Positions 37,611-51,585 of a stretch of 64,000 nt of DNA are shown here, in pieces. The translations under genes were made by a program, and so were the position numbers. Within the stretch, counting starts at the first letter, position 1. Every line of letters starts with the position of its first letter. A model generated the notes under the pieces. That model was not told where the DNA came from. It did no database searches and saw only the letters and a list, made by a program, of their open reading frames with translations. This stretch comes from Glaucostegus cemiculus (Eukaryota). The stretch spans positions 12,772,001 to 12,836,000 of the forward strand of contig CDPCPM010000052.1 in assembly GCA_976551045.1 (NCBI GenBank). The letters are read 5' to 3'.

Positions 37611-38449
37611 CTGCACCTTCCACCTTGGATCACCTCCTGCTTTATTTCACCACCCTGGTGGGCCATTTTAGGCCTTCATCACTTCCCTTGTGATTAGCAA
37701 GTGAACGGTACCCGCTGGGACTTGCTTCTCTATCTTCCCAGGATTTCGCTTCACACTGCTGACTGATGCTCATACTCTCTTCTTTTTACTATGTGCTGTG
37801 ATTCAACACCACAGTGAGCTAGCCAGAAATTCTTCCCCTCCTCACATCACTGTGCATCTAAGTTTTTCTCCAACTCCTTGACTCTGATCTGGAATGTCTC
37901 AAGGCCGAGCGGTTTCCAAGAGTAGTCAACTGGGACCGCCCAACTGTCCACAAATTCCTACTGTCTGCAGTCCCAGCCATACTTCTGTACTGCCATTTCT
38001 AGTCTATATTCCTTAATTTCTTGTTAGCATTAATTTATTTCTTGAACTAATAGAAATATAAGTGGTCCAAATTACAATTAGCGATTTGATTTAATTTGAT
38101 TAAAATTAACAAGTAATTAATGAGATGACTTGCTATATACTTAATTACATATAAAACAAATGGATTTTTACATTTAAGTTTAGAGTGTGGTTTCTCCAGT
38201 CCCTCAGGCTGCATGGCTTCTCCTTCTCTGCTGACTCTGTGATCCTTTTAGCGCTTGATGTTCTCCCCTGTGGTTGATGTTGTGTTTCTATATTGCTGTT
38301 CTTTCCCCACAGTGAACTTTGACTCAATATAGGAACAAGTAGTTTGGATCCCTCACTAGAAATGAAGCAAGGGTAACCCAGGACAATGCCCCACTTTGCA
38401 GTTCCATCACCCAATGGCACCTCACTTCGTGCTTAGCCCGACTCCCCCA

Positions 38450-40830
38450 AATGCATAGCAGGAGGAAGAAAGAGTAGGAAATCTGCAGACAAATTGCAGA
38501 ATAGGGCTAGACCTACCAAGGTTGTAATAAAAGGGGACTTTATTATCACCTAATATAGTCTGGGGTAGTAGCCACGCAAAGGCAAAAGAGAGGAGGAATT
38601 GCTGAATCGGTGCATTCCTGATCAACAAAAGGAAAGAGCAGTGCTGGATCCAGTTCAGGAGAATGAAATAAGGCAAGTGTGGAGCATTGTGGGGAGCAGT
38701 GATCATAACATAAAGTTTATTCAGTCAAAAGTAAATATAAGTAGCTGGTGGAAAGCTAACTTCTATGTGTTGAAAGAAGGTCTGGCAAGAACTGCCAAGG
38801 ATCAAAAATTGGTAGGCAGAATATTAACCGATGGCAAGTGAACAATGGATTGGAAACATTTGTAGAGGCAATTGTTTGAGTACAGATTAGATACATTCTG
38901 ATGTGAATAGAAAGAAAAGTAACTGAAGCTTTCTGACAAACAGAATTAAGATGAACCAGAAGAATAACAATGGTACAATAATACACAATACACTAGCCCT
39001 GTTAAACATAAAATACAGAGAAAATATATTAAAAGGCACACATGCAGAAAATATAGGAATACTTTCACTAAATACACATTAATAGTAAAAGCTTATCCAA
39101 ATGGAAGGTGAGACCAGTCAGGGACAAAGAAGGCAATCTTGCAGCGAGCTGTAAGAAGTCATGGCTGAAGAACTAAATGTGTACATTGTGCTCTATTTAT
39201 TAGGAAGGGGGCACTACCAATTAGGAGGCAGTGGCACGATTGAATAGGATGAGGAAATGAAGGTAGAGAGTGAGTAGTTAAAAGGTAGGCTCAGCTCAAA
39301 GAGGACACGCTCCAGGTGAGAGGCTCCTTGGTGACGGAATGGTTGAGCTTTGACCTCCATCCCCCAGCCCTTCTTATCAGAAAACCAGTCGCCTGGAAAT
39401 ATGTATTCTGCTTAAAAAAGGGTAGATGCATAAACCCAGCAGCTAGGGCCCTGTTAGTCTACCTTTGGAGCTGGGAAACATTTAGAGACAATAATTTGCG
39501 ATAAAGTTACTTAACATTTGGAAAAGTATGGGCTCACAAATGGAAGTCAGTGTGCATTTGTTGAAGGAAAATCGTTATGCACTAATTTCATCAACTAATG
39601 GCAAAAAGTAAGAGAAAGGATTGAGAAGAATGGCGTGGTTGATATGTATGTGGACTTTAAAATTACATTGTTTTATACTTACATTGACACAGCAGTAGGC
39701 CATTCAACCCACTGGATCTATGCCAGCTCCCAAGGAAGTGTTCCCATTAGTCCCTTTCCCCTCTCCTTATTTCTCTGCATCCCTTCAACATATTCTTTCT
39801 CACACATACCCATAAACTCCCCATTGATTTTTCTTTGCTAATAACCTGCACTGGAGTAATTTAAAGTAGCCATGTAACCTAATAGGGATGTGGGAGGAAA
39901 CCAGAGAATCTTCGGAAAAGCCAAGCAGTCACAGAGAGAGCTTCCAAACTCCTGAAGTCAGGATCGAACCCAATACCCCAGTGTTGTGAGGCAAAGTACC
40001 AAATAATAGATCAGTTTGAGAAATTAAAACCAATGGGATTAAAGTGACATTGCACTGTGAATAAGGGACAAAAACCCAGTGAGAAGCATGGTTAGTTTTC
40101 AGACTAAAAGGAAACACATAGTGGTATCTCTCAGCCTCCTGCTTACTGGATATAAATAATTTCAATGTGTTCAGATAATACAAATCTTGGAAATGTAGCA
40201 AACAAAAACAATAGTAATAGATTTTGGGAGCACAAAAGCAGTAAAATGACCAAATACATAGTAGATGAAAGCTAATGCAATGAAATATCATTATATATTG
40301 GTAGAAAATGTGGAAAGATGAAATGAACTAAATGGAACAGTTCCTCAGTTGTACAAGAGCTGGCAGACCTGGGGAAGCGTGCAAACAAAATTTTGAAGGT
40401 TGCAAGACAATTTGAGAAGGCTGTTGAAATAGAAAATGGGATCCTTGGCCTTATTAAGAGGAATAGATCACAGAAACAAGGAAGTTATGCTAAAACTTTA
40501 TAAGATGCTGGTACGACCTCAGAAAGAGGATAATGAAAAATTCAGTGTCTCACCTAGGATGTCGAGGCCTTGGAGTGGAAAGGAACGATTTGTGGAGAAA
40601 CTGGAAAAGGTACAGTAGTTTTTCAGCAAGTTGGGAGAGAATTTAATGCAGGATTTGGAATGGACAATGGAAGCAAACTCTCTAATTGCATTCAAAAGTG
40701 AATTTGATTTTTAAAAAGAGCTGAAGAGAAAAGAAAACTCAGGACTATGTGGAAGAAGCAGTGGAGTGGGAGTGACGGGATAGGGCCAGACAAGATGGGC
40801 CAAAATGCCTCCACCTGGGCTGTCTCATTC
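38450..40830 (+). mobile_element. Old, heavily decayed long CR1 LINE with nested minus-strand V-SINE (39690-39990)
   Basis: Colinear remnants: GDF endonuclease motif, GSSDHN, QHGFV.GKS-like segment, VMLKLYKMLVRP, 3' tail. Confidence 0.7.
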
Positions 40831-43800
40831 TGCAATTCTGTGTAATATTGTGCTCTCTGTTACCACACCCTGTGATTCCCTTATCTTCCAGCAAGTGCCG
40901 CATCTCAACTCATCTCATCAGAGATGCTGTAACATCTGCGGCAAAGGCATTCCAAACATCTGGCTACAACTGAGAAGGGCCACAGCTGGGGTTACACAAA
41001 GACATTCCTGCGATGCCCGCAGTATAATCAGAGCTTACTGAGAGTGTGATGCCGGACAGCAATGACTGAGGAATCCCCCACTTTCCCAGATATGCCCAGG
41101 GGCTTCCTGACCCTCCACTTTCCAACCCTCCACTTCCCATGCCTCCACTTCCCATCTCACCTTCCACCCCGCAACGTCTCCCTCTTCCCAATCCTCCTCC
41201 TCTCCACACCCTCCCCTCTCTTCCTTCAATCTCCTTATTCCTTCCCTCACACCTCCCCCATTCCTTTCTCCTTGCATTTCAAAAAATAGAAGTTTTCTGA
41301 AGCAGGCATTCTCTGCTCATTGTACAGCAACAGTGCTTAAAGTAAGCAGATTATCTACCGTTACGTTCAGAAGCAGTGTGACTCATTGATTAAGATGTTC
41401 ATAGTTGCAAGGACGCAAAATCCTAGCTAATGCAATCTGTTTTAAAAGTATTTCCCTCATTACAGGAACCACAGCTGCACAATATTCACAGCAAGTCTGA
41501 TCATTCTCAGTCTTCCGATGCCATTACACCTTGCATTTAAGAAATCAGTCCTAAGTATTTCAGACAAAAGCTTTCAGCCTGTAACAAATCCAGCCAAAGA
41601 GATTTTAAGGTTCACATGAGTGATTTTGGTTCCTTTACACTGGGTGACACAAATCAGTCTCTCTGTAAGTGAGAGTCAGTACCTTCAGGGAAGAAGAAGA
41701 ATTGAGAAGAGAAAAAGAGAGGGAAGGTACATGGCTGTGTGAATGAGCAGGAGTTACCTGGTTAGAGCTCAGGTGTGGTTAGCTAAATACTGATGTAAGT
41801 CAGCACCTCTCTCCCTAGAGGGTGCAATTGCCCCATCTGGAATAAGCTCATCCCCAGGGAGAGGTGGCTCCAGTCTGAAGGGACAGAGTGTTTCCTGGCT
41901 GCAGGAAAGTTGACTGGATGACATTGAGATATGGAAGGGGTTTAAGTCCAGGTGAGTGTGCTCACTGTCCAACTGGCAAACTTTTCCACTGACCAGTCAC
42001 AGCAGAACCTCCCATTGAGCCATTAGATAGCAGAAGTATGTCAGAGCCAGGAGGCCAAATTAGTTCTTTGTTTTCTGGTGTGAGTCTCCTGCCGGGAGTC
42101 AATTACCTCCCCTCCCCATTTCCCACCAACCTCTTACCACCCCAACCTCTCCTTTGAATATTTGTGTCCCCTCCCCTCCACCACCCTCACTATTCTGACA
42201 AGGTCATTCCCTCAGGTTGACCCTTGACCTCCTGCAACCCATAAACCAACTCTCACTTTGGTCCTGTTCCACGTCCCAATCCCATTCCCAGCTTTAATCT
42301 CGCTCCTGCCTCTAATTCCGTTCCCTTCTCTAATCCTATTTTGAAAGTTTCTTCCCCTCCCCCAACACCACCCTCACCACTGATCCAGCTACTCCCAGGT
42401 TATTTCCCGAACTCCCCCATTCTCTCACACCTCAGCCTCGGATTGCTCCTGGCCTTCATGCCTGCTGAACTCCAGGTTTCAAAGTGCAAGATGTTGCAGA
42501 GTATTACAAAGCTAATAGCCTGGAAATCACTGGAATTTTACCAAGAACATGATAGACTAGCAGTTCATCTTGCTTCCTGTTTAAACAGCAGCCCACTAGA
42601 CACATGGATGGAAACAATTGGTACATATTAAGACATTAAGAGTTAGACAGACAGGAACAGGAGCGGCAGAATGAGACAAAGAGGAACCGTGATATAGAGA
42701 AAGGTGGGGAGATCCAGAGGCAGAGAGAGAGAGGGAGACAGAGAAGGGGGGGAGAGAGGGAAAGAGAGAGAGAGAATAGATAGCTCAGCTATAACATTCA
42801 TTTGTGGCCTGTTTCATGGTAAACTACTGAACACATTATTATCAGTCCCACTAATCCAACTTCTGCACACTCCAAGTCTGGAATTTTCCTTGAGCAAGTG
42901 ATGCAAAGTAGGCGTTATCCCTTCAGAGAGAGCGCTCCCTGTTCTTTCCAGGGATTGCTGGTAATTTATAAATAAACCCCAACTCATTAATGAAGGATTT
43001 GCAGTGTACTTAAGAGTGTCAGACTGTTTCCAGGCATGTCCTTGCTGCCAATGTAAGGGCGCCAAGGCCCAGCCATGAAAGGATGCATTTTCTCAGTTTG
43101 TTTACAAACATTTGTCCAGTGCCCAAATGCAGAGAAGGCTTTTAGTTTGTTTGTAGTCGGCAGCAAATCCTTCTTAATACTCCCATGTCGTTTTGTAAAC
43201 TATTAGCTCATAAAAGTGAGAAAATATATGCCCTTTACCCCATCAAATGCTTACAGGGCCAATAAAGTGAGGGTTAAATACAGACTAAAACTCCCTCTGC
43301 AGTGTCAAACAACCCCAGGGCAGGTACAGGAAAGGTTATACACAGAGTAAAGTTCACACATGCCCAGGGCAGATATAGTACAGGTTAGAATAGACTGGAC
43401 AAAACTGACAGTGTTGGAGACTGTCTACTGGAGAAAAGGTGGAGACAGACTTTTGCTGAAGCGAGAGAGTCGAGGTGGCGATTTTATAGCCCAAGAAAAG
43501 ACTATGTTTTGTAAATGTTGGTGGCTGCAAACAAGGAAAACTTGTTGGGCTGAATGATCGCAGGGATGGGCTGCCTAACTTTACAGGGAGACTGCAAATA
43601 GTTTCTCAGCCTTGCACACAGGCAAGCTCTCTCTTCATTCCAATTGCTTGGCCCAGGAGCTGTTTGGGTCAAGAAAGTTTTTGTGTTGTGTAATAGCAGG
43701 AAAGGAGCATGTCTGGGCAGCTCTGAATGAAGATGTCTCCTTTCCTAACGGAAAACCTATAGACTAAGCACTGTCTACTAAGATGCTCTAAGAAACTTCA

Positions 43801-44339
43801 TAGTAACTTGCTTTGATTGGAGAAGACCACAGCCCTTGGTCTTTCTCTTCCTTTCCTACCCCCATCCATTTTCCCTCTTCCAAAACTTATCGATCATATC
43901 AGCTGGAGTAGGTGTCACTCTTGGACTCCATGGCAGTCCTTCTTCTCCACTCTCAGGACATTCTTATGCATAAGCTACTCCTCTGGCCCTGTCACTACTT
44001 AGAAGAATCGATAAAAGATAGAGACAGGATTTACACCCACCCCATTATGATGGTAGTGGTGTATGTAAATGCAAAGATCATTGTCACAGCCTCCAAATGT
44101 ATGGGAAACCTGTCTTCTTCCTAAAGACCAGGTAGACTGTCCTTGAGCAAGGGGTTATGAAGCATTCAAAGACTGGGCAACAAACCATCAAAAGGTCCGT
44201 CCATCCTGACTGCCTGATCCTCTTCGGAAGTTGCATTTATGCTGGGGTATCTCTGGAGATGGAGTACGCAGTGCTTGAGGCTTTCTGTACTTTTGGACTC
44301 TAAAGGGGCTGGACTGGATCCTGGAGATCGAAACAAACA

Positions 44340-44960
44340 AGGAATATAGTTGGGGCACTGAATACGAGAGCAGGGAGGCTATGTTCCAACTTTATAAAAC
44401 ATGGGTTCAGACCTCGGCTGGAGTACTGAGTGCAGTTCTGGCCACCGTGCTATAAGAAGGATGTGTTAGCACTGGAGAGAGTGTAGAGGAGATTCACCAG
44501 GATGTTGCCTGGGATGGAACACTTCAGTTATGAGGAGAGACTAGGGAGGTTAGGTCTGTTCTCCCTGGAGAGGAAAAGGTTAAGAAAGTACATGATTGAA
44601 ATATATAAAATTATAAGGATTATAGATAAGGTAGACTGCAGGAAACTTTTCCCCATCTTAGAGGTGGATAAAATTAGTGGACATAGATTTAGGGTAAAGG
44701 GGAAGGGATTTAGAGGAGATCTGATGGGGACCTTTTTCACCCAGAGAGTGGTGAATACCTGGAATACACTGCCCAAGAGAGTAGTGGAAGCAAAGTCACT
44801 GACAGCATTAGTGACTAGATGAGCACCTGAATCACCCAGGCACAGAAAACTACGGGCTAAATGCTGGAAGATGAGATTAATATGGATGGGTGCCAAATGG
44901 TCAGCATGGACATGGTGGGCCAAATGGCCTGTTTCCATGCTGTATGATTCTATGACCCTA
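44340..44960 (+). mobile_element. Relatively young CR1/HER1 LINE 3' end
   Basis: ORF MLPGMEHFSYEERLGRLGLFSLERKRLR...FFTQRVVNTWNTLP; ATTCTATG tail. Confidence 0.9.
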
Positions 44961-45044
44961 CAACAACATTTGAATTTTCATTTTGTTTATTTGTTTGTTT
45001 TTTATTACTTTAACAGAGTTATTTTAGGAAAATAAAAAAAAAAC

Positions 45045-45275
45045 AGATTAGGTGCAGAGTAAAGCTCCCTCAGTGAAACATGAAATACTCCCATGGCAGG
45101 GTCAGCATAGGTTGGACACAGGGTGAAGCTCCCTCAACACTATCCCATCACACATTCTCAGGTCCGGCACAGCTCAGACACAGAATAAAGTTCATTCTAC
45201 ACTGAATCATGAAAGACTTCCATGACAGGAACAGCATATGTTTGACACAGAGTAAGGTTCCCTCTGTATTCTTGT
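45045..45275. repeat. ~65-bp satellite-like units (..ACAGAGTAAAGCTCCCTC..ACACT..CCCATCA..); relatives at 33450-33670, 43270-43400 and inverted at 56420-56580
   Basis: CAGAGTAAAG(C/T)TC recurs at about 65-nt spacing. Confidence 0.6.
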
Positions 45276-45387
45276 ATCTGAGCAGAAAGTTGACTGGCTG
45301 ATGCTCCCAGAGTAAGCTCTCCGACATGCCATGCTGTTGGAGTTGTCAACTTTGCACAGGACTTCACGCCAAAAACATGTCCACTTT

Positions 45388-45535
45388 TGAGTGTGTGGAA
45401 CTCGTCCCCCAGTAAGGGTCAGAGTGTGTGTGGGACCTGTCCCCCAGTGAGGGTCAGTGTATGTGGGACCCATTCCCCCAGTGAGGGTCCGTGTGTGTGA
45501 GACCCATCCCCTAATGAGGGTCAGTGTGTGTGAAA
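45388..45535. repeat. Short (~4-copy) array of the same 33-bp unit as 4892-5408
   Basis: CCCCAGTGAGGGTCAGTGT.TGTGGGACC. Confidence 0.85.
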
Positions 45536-45669
45536 CACTTATTCCACAGGAAGTCATCCTGTTCCAAAGGGAAGATGAAGAGATTTTCTGTTATCCATTT
45601 ATCAAAATGTGTCCATCAGTTCTGTCCCAGCCTTGGCCCTGGTGCCTCCTTTGAAGTTCCAGTTACTGG

Positions 45670-45870
45670 AGAATGCTGGTCAGTGAAGCTCCTAAGAACC
45701 AAGCTTTTACGCTTCCAGAGGACCTGAGAGATGCCATAATCCTGACCATCTTTAAGAAAGGAGTCAAGTATGCCTGTGGCAACTTCAAAGGGGTCTTCCA
45801 GTTCCCTGCCACATCATCGCCAGAATCCTTCTCAACCATCTCCTCCCAGTGGCCAGAGAGCTGCTTTTTG
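45670..45870 (+). mobile_element. RTE-clade RT fragment
   Basis: PEDLRDAIILTIFKKG..YACGNFKG. Confidence 0.75.
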
Positions 45871-46747
45871 AGAGTACGTCAAGACCGCGGAGAGGGAGCA
45901 GAGGAGATTGAGCAGAAAGACAGTAAGAAAGCAAAGCCTGAGTTATGTGAAGAGATCACACAGGTTGGGGCAGATGAATGGACAAAGACTTGAAGTAACC
46001 ACAGACCAAAGAAAATCAAAGGAAGGTCAAATATTCAAAGTTATAATGGGTTTTGATAAAGTGAGGAGAAACTAACTCCGTTAACAGAATGGCCAATAGC
46101 AGGAGATGCAGATTAAAGAGATTCAAGGGATTCAATACAGACTCGAGAGAAACATTATGCAATGAGCTGCTCTGATCTGCAGTGCACCAGCTGAAAGGCT
46201 GGTGGCACTAGTTTGAATAACCACCTTGCTGTGAGGAAAGAGCTAGGATGTGGAAGCAGTTTGCCCTTTCAGACAGTGTAGGTACAATAAGCTGAATGCC
46301 CTCCTTTTTTGCTACATAATTCTATAATTTCATCCCATTTAAATTATTTTTGCATCTGTAATTTCAGTACTTGGACTCCTCAGTCTTGCCTCTCCTCCAC
46401 TTTTCCTTGCTCATCATCAGTTACAAAATGCTCACGTTCAAAGCGAACCATCCTTCCAGCTACACTCCACCATTTAGTACAAGAATTCCTATAGAACACG
46501 ATTTCTGTTAGAATCAGAATCAGGTTTATTATCACTGACAAATGTCGTGAATTTTTTTGTTTTGTGGCAGCAGTACAGTGCAAAACATAAAAATTACTAT
46601 AAGTTACCAATAAATAAGTAAATAAATAGTGCGAAAGAGGAATAACACCCAACATTGGCTATATTCTGTTACATCCCACCCTCAGCATAACTCACTCTGT
46701 TTATACCTCACCCTTATTATAAACCTAGTTATAACACTGTGTGTAAT

Positions 46748-47098
46748 TGGGTGGCACAGTGGTGCAGCCAGGAGAGATCCTGCCTTGCAGCTCCAGTGAC
46801 CTGGGTTCAGTCCTGACCTCAAGTTCTGTCTGCATGGAGCTTGCACGTTTCCCTGCGAACACTTGGGTTTCCCTAAGTTGCTCTTGTTTTCCCCCCACAT
46901 CCCAAAGATGTGTGGGTTGGCAGGTTAACTGGCCACTGTGAATTGCTCCTAGTGTGTAGATCAGTGATAGGGTCTGGGGGTGTTGATGGAATGTGGGGAG
47001 AATGAAAAATGGGATTAGTGTAAATGGATGCTTGATCAGCATAGACTTGGTGGGCCAAAGGGCCTCATTCTGTGCTGTATGCCTCTATGATTCTATGA
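46748..47098 (+). mobile_element. Full-length HE1-like tRNA-derived V-SINE
   Basis: A-box GGCACAGTGG, B-box GGGTTCAGTCC, V-domain, CR1-type tail GGGCCAAAGGGCC...TATGATTCTATG. Confidence 0.85.
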
Positions 47099-49019
47099 CA
47101 CAGGACATCCTCTATACTGTATAAATTTTATACAATCACTCTATTATGTCATACCTTCAACAGAACAGTTATAAATGTAGTACATTATTTTATCCATCCC
47201 CTGTATAACGCTCTTGGTTATAACAATCTCCCAATTACACATAGCGCTGTCAATGTTAGTCTCTGCAACCTACTCTCCTGCCTTCTTCTCCATTCTCAGA
47301 ATAACATACTCAGTTTATAACCTTGCTTCTGTTATTCCTTGTGTAGTGTTGTCAGGTACACCATTCTGTTACTCCCCACGATCTGCAAAATAGACATGGT
47401 ATTACACAATCTTACATTTTACAGTTAGTATCTCATTATGATAATATCACTCACTCACTCCACCCTCCATAGAACAAATTTTTGGAATTTTCAAACCAGA
47501 CCCTCAGAATTAGTTTCCCATTTATAATGCCCTGCTATACTTCAAAAACAAGGCATAGCTTCCAATGACAACATAATTATACACTTCACCCTCAATATAT
47601 AGTGCTCGGTCAAAGCATTTCTACTGTTACAGTGATATTGGAAGTACAGATGGACATGTATATTTTGTGTTATGGCCTGCAACTACATGGGCAGTCTGGT
47701 TTCCTAACCCAGCTGTGAACCCAATGATCCCGTTCCCTGTGTGACTGAGAGTCACGGGATTCCTCAGATCCATGTGTTCCTGATCAAGTTTAGTTAAACT
47801 GTGTGAATTGTGAGGGTGACTCCAGACCTTTGGGATAGACTTTGACGGGTGAGTATTTTTCCGACCCCATTCCCTCGTTGAATGTTTGCTCTCTGTTGTC
47901 ATCGTTGCTAAGCAACTCATTACTCAAATGCGAGTCCTTCTTGGCTTTTGAACTAACACAGCTGCCAGATTTTAAACGGAGTGACTGAGTCTTACACTCA
48001 ATAAACCTCCGCCACGCTAAGTTTCTGCTCTGTGTGGTGAGGGAGCAGAGCGCTGGACGTAGACTCAGAAAATCTCCAAGATGCTGCTCAACAAGTTGAT
48101 GTTTAAACTTTCACTGGTACAAAGCTTCAGTGTCAGGGAACCCTGGGGAACAGGCTGTCAGCCCAAGACAGAAACATACTTAATACAGGAATTGTTCGCA
48201 GCATGAGGTGGTTTTTGGATAGGAATAAAAGGGACCGGTGATAGAACATAGTCTATGTGGTGTTTGAAAATTACATGTGGGTTATAACAGGGAATCAGGC
48301 CATTTGGCCCATCTACTCCATGGCGGTATTTATCCTTTATACAAATTAATAGCCCTATTGCACTTACCTCCTCCCAATTCTATTCAGCACCTTTTCCTTC
48401 CCATCCAATCAACTCTGTCTCCCTATTCAATCTAATCTTGAATGGTATAGTTCCTGCCTCAACCATTAACCCTGGGCATGAATGCCATAGGTTTGTGACT
48501 CTGTATGAACAGGTTTCTTCCGTCCTCACATGTAATTTTCACACATGTACTCTAGTATCATTGGATTCTTGTTCTAGATCTTCATTCACTGCAATCAGTT
48601 TCCACCCACACTGCCCCATTTTGAACAATTATTAAGAACAGAATCCTGGAGGAGTTGATGGGAATAATGTAGGATTATTGTAAACGTGTGTTTGCCTCAA
48701 CTTGATGGGTCAAAGAGGCAGTTTCTATGTCATATCTCTCTGACTCTGCATAAAAATAGAAGTGGGGGTAGGTCACCCATGCTCTCAAACCTGCCCTGCC
48801 ATTCAATATGATCATGGCTGATCTGCCCCGTGCCTCATCTCCTTTCTGTGCCAGTTCCCCATAGCCCTCAATTCCCTGATCTTTCAAAAATGCTTCCTCT
48901 TTCCCTCCAGTGACTTAGCCTCCACAACCCTCCATGGTAGAGGATTCCAGAGATTTGCCATGCGGTGTGAGAGGTTTCTACATACCCAAGCTTTAAATGA
49001 CCACCCCCTAATCTTGAGT

Positions 49020-49205
49020 AAAACACAAATAGCTGGAAGAACTCAGTGGGTCAGGCAACACCTGTGGAGGGAAATGGACAGTTAACATTTCTGGCTGAGA
49101 CCCTTTGACTGTTCATTTCCCTCCACAGATGCTGCCTGACCCCCTGAGTTCTTCCAGCAGTTTGTTTATTGCTCTAGATTTCAGCATTTGTGGTCGCTTG
49201 TGTCT
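49020..49205. mobile_element. Palindromic Penelope-terminus-like element nested in CR1
   Basis: GCTGGAAGAACTCAG...CTGTGGAGGGAAATGGACAG pairs with CTGTTCATTTCCCTCCACAG...CTGAGTTCTTCCAGC. Confidence 0.8.
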
Positions 49206-51585
49206 CCACCCCCTAATCTTTATCTATTTCCGCTCATTTGATATTCTCCCGCTAGTGGAAGCAACTCGACATCTACCCTGTCACACTCCATCAGAATTAT
49301 ATATGTTTCAATAAGAATAACCTTATTCTTCTAACTTCCAAAGATCAAATTTTTTGAACCACTTATGGTTAGTCAAACCTCTTATCCCAGAAATTAGCCT
49401 AGTGAATCTCTTTTGGACTGCCTACAATGCCAATGTATTCCTTCTTATTAGTGGGATCAAAACCAGGTGTTACCTCACCAGTACCCTGTACAACTGTAAC
49501 AATACTTCCCTTTTTCTAAACTCCAGTCCTGTTGCAATAAAGACTAATGTGCCATTTATCTTCCTAACCACTTGCTACAATTGCATCCTAACTTTTTGTG
49601 ACTCATGCACAAGAATACAGAGATCCCTCTGTACTTCACTCAACTACAGTCTGTCTACATTTAGATAACAGTCTGCCTTCAGAGTACTTGTTACCAAAGC
49701 ACAAGGCTTCACACTTTCCCACATTAAGCTCCACTTGCCAAAGTTTCTCCACTCACTCAACCTATCTATATCCTGTTGCAGAGATCAAATATCCTCATTG
49801 CAACACACCCTCCCAGCAAACTTAGATAGCTTACACTCTTCCCCCTCCTCCATGTCATTAATATAAATTGTAAATAATTGAGGGCCAAGAACTGATCCTT
49901 GGGACATCCCACCAGCTACATTCTCCCAGCTCCCCTAAAACCATGAGCTCTTACCTTGTGCAATAGCTCTTTATGTGGCAGCTTGTCAAATGCCTTCTGA
50001 AAATCCAATACACTACATTTATAGGACCCCTATCGACTGTCTGTTACATCCTCGAAGAACTTAAGCAAATTTGTCAAACCTTTCATAAGTTCATGTTGAC
50101 TTGGTTTGATTATATTAAGTTTCTGTAAATGACCAGCCATTTCTTTCTCGGTGATAGATTCCAACATCTAACCAACGTGAAGCTAACCCGCTTTTCCTTT
50201 ATCTCTTCCTGAACAATGGAGTCACCTTTGCAGTTGTCCAGTTTGCTGGTACCTCCTTTAATATCTTCCAGTCAGTGATTCAACCAATGGCTCCATTTAC
50301 TCTGCAGCCACTTCCTTTAAAACACTCAGGTACAGACCATTGGGACCTGGTGACTTGTCTGCTTTTAGTCCTATTCATTTTTCCAATACTTTGTTCCTTC
50401 TGATAATGATTGTTACAGGTCCTTCCACACTGTGTGCAATGAGACCATCAGAAATTTGGGGATATTTGCAGTGTCTTTCTCTGTGAAGACCGATGCAAAG
50501 TAATAGTTTAACTCAACTGCCACTTACTTATTTCCTGTTATTAATTGCCAGTCTTGCTCTCTATGGACCCCACACTTATCCCAGATACCCTCTTTTTATG
50601 TATCCACAGAAATCCTTGCTGTTTATTTTGAAATTACTTGCTATTTTTCTCTCATATTTTTCCCTCCTTATTATCATTTTAGTTTCTCATAGCTGGTTCT
50701 TATAAAATTCTCAGTCATCTGGTCTACCACTAGCTCCTGCCACTTTGTCTGCTTCAGCCTTTCATTTAATATTTTCCTTGATCTCATTTGTTAACCTTAG
50801 ATGATTCATCTTTCTCCTGGCATCCCTCCTTCTAATTGAGATAAATCTCTACCGTCTGTTTTGAACTCATTGTTTAAATATCTGCCACTGTTCATTCACT
50901 GCCCTAACCCTCAACCTATTTATCCAGTCCATTCCAAACAACTCCACCTTCAGACCATTATAATTGTCCTTATTTAAAGTAAAGGTATTGGTTATGGACT
51001 CCAGATGTTTGTCCTCAAACTGTATCTGAAATTTTACCTGGGGGATACTTAGCGCAACATCTTTCATTAATTGTTATTCATTACACATGTCCAAATCTAA
51101 GATAGCCTGTGTCCAAGTAGATTCTGTAACATACTGCTGTAAGAAATAACTCTTGACACTCTCCACAAATTCCTTTCCTACCATGCCCTTGTCAGTTTGA
51201 TTTGTCCAGTCAATTTACAGATTAAAATCACCCACAATAATTGCAGTTCCCTTCTTATATGCCTTTGATATTTCCCCACTTATGCTTTGTCTTACCAAGA
51301 ACCAACACCTTGGAGGGCCTATAGACTACTTGCTCCTGTGACTTCTTTCCCCTGCTGTTCATTGTTTCCGACCAAACTGATTCCACATCATTATCTGTTG
51401 CAGCTACATCACAACTCAGAACTGTGCTGATTCCTTCCTTGATTAACAAAGCTACCCCAACTCCTACCCATTTGCTATTCATTTGAAACATCAAATAACT
51501 TGGAATATTGAGTTCCCAGTCCTGGATACCCTACAACCACATCTCTGTAATAGTTATTATATCATACTCCTATGTTGCTATTTGT

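Noticed and set aside
41805-41830. CTCF-like TCCCTAGAGGGTGC
   Set aside because: Three mismatches to the core consensus; not supportable without data.
44502-44822. 106-aa ORF as a host gene
   Set aside because: C-terminus of CR1 ORF2 in a 5'-truncated copy; the same applies to ORFs at 51508-52540.
46748-46830. tRNA gene
   Set aside because: A/B boxes belong to a SINE head; no cloverleaf and it continues into the V-domain.
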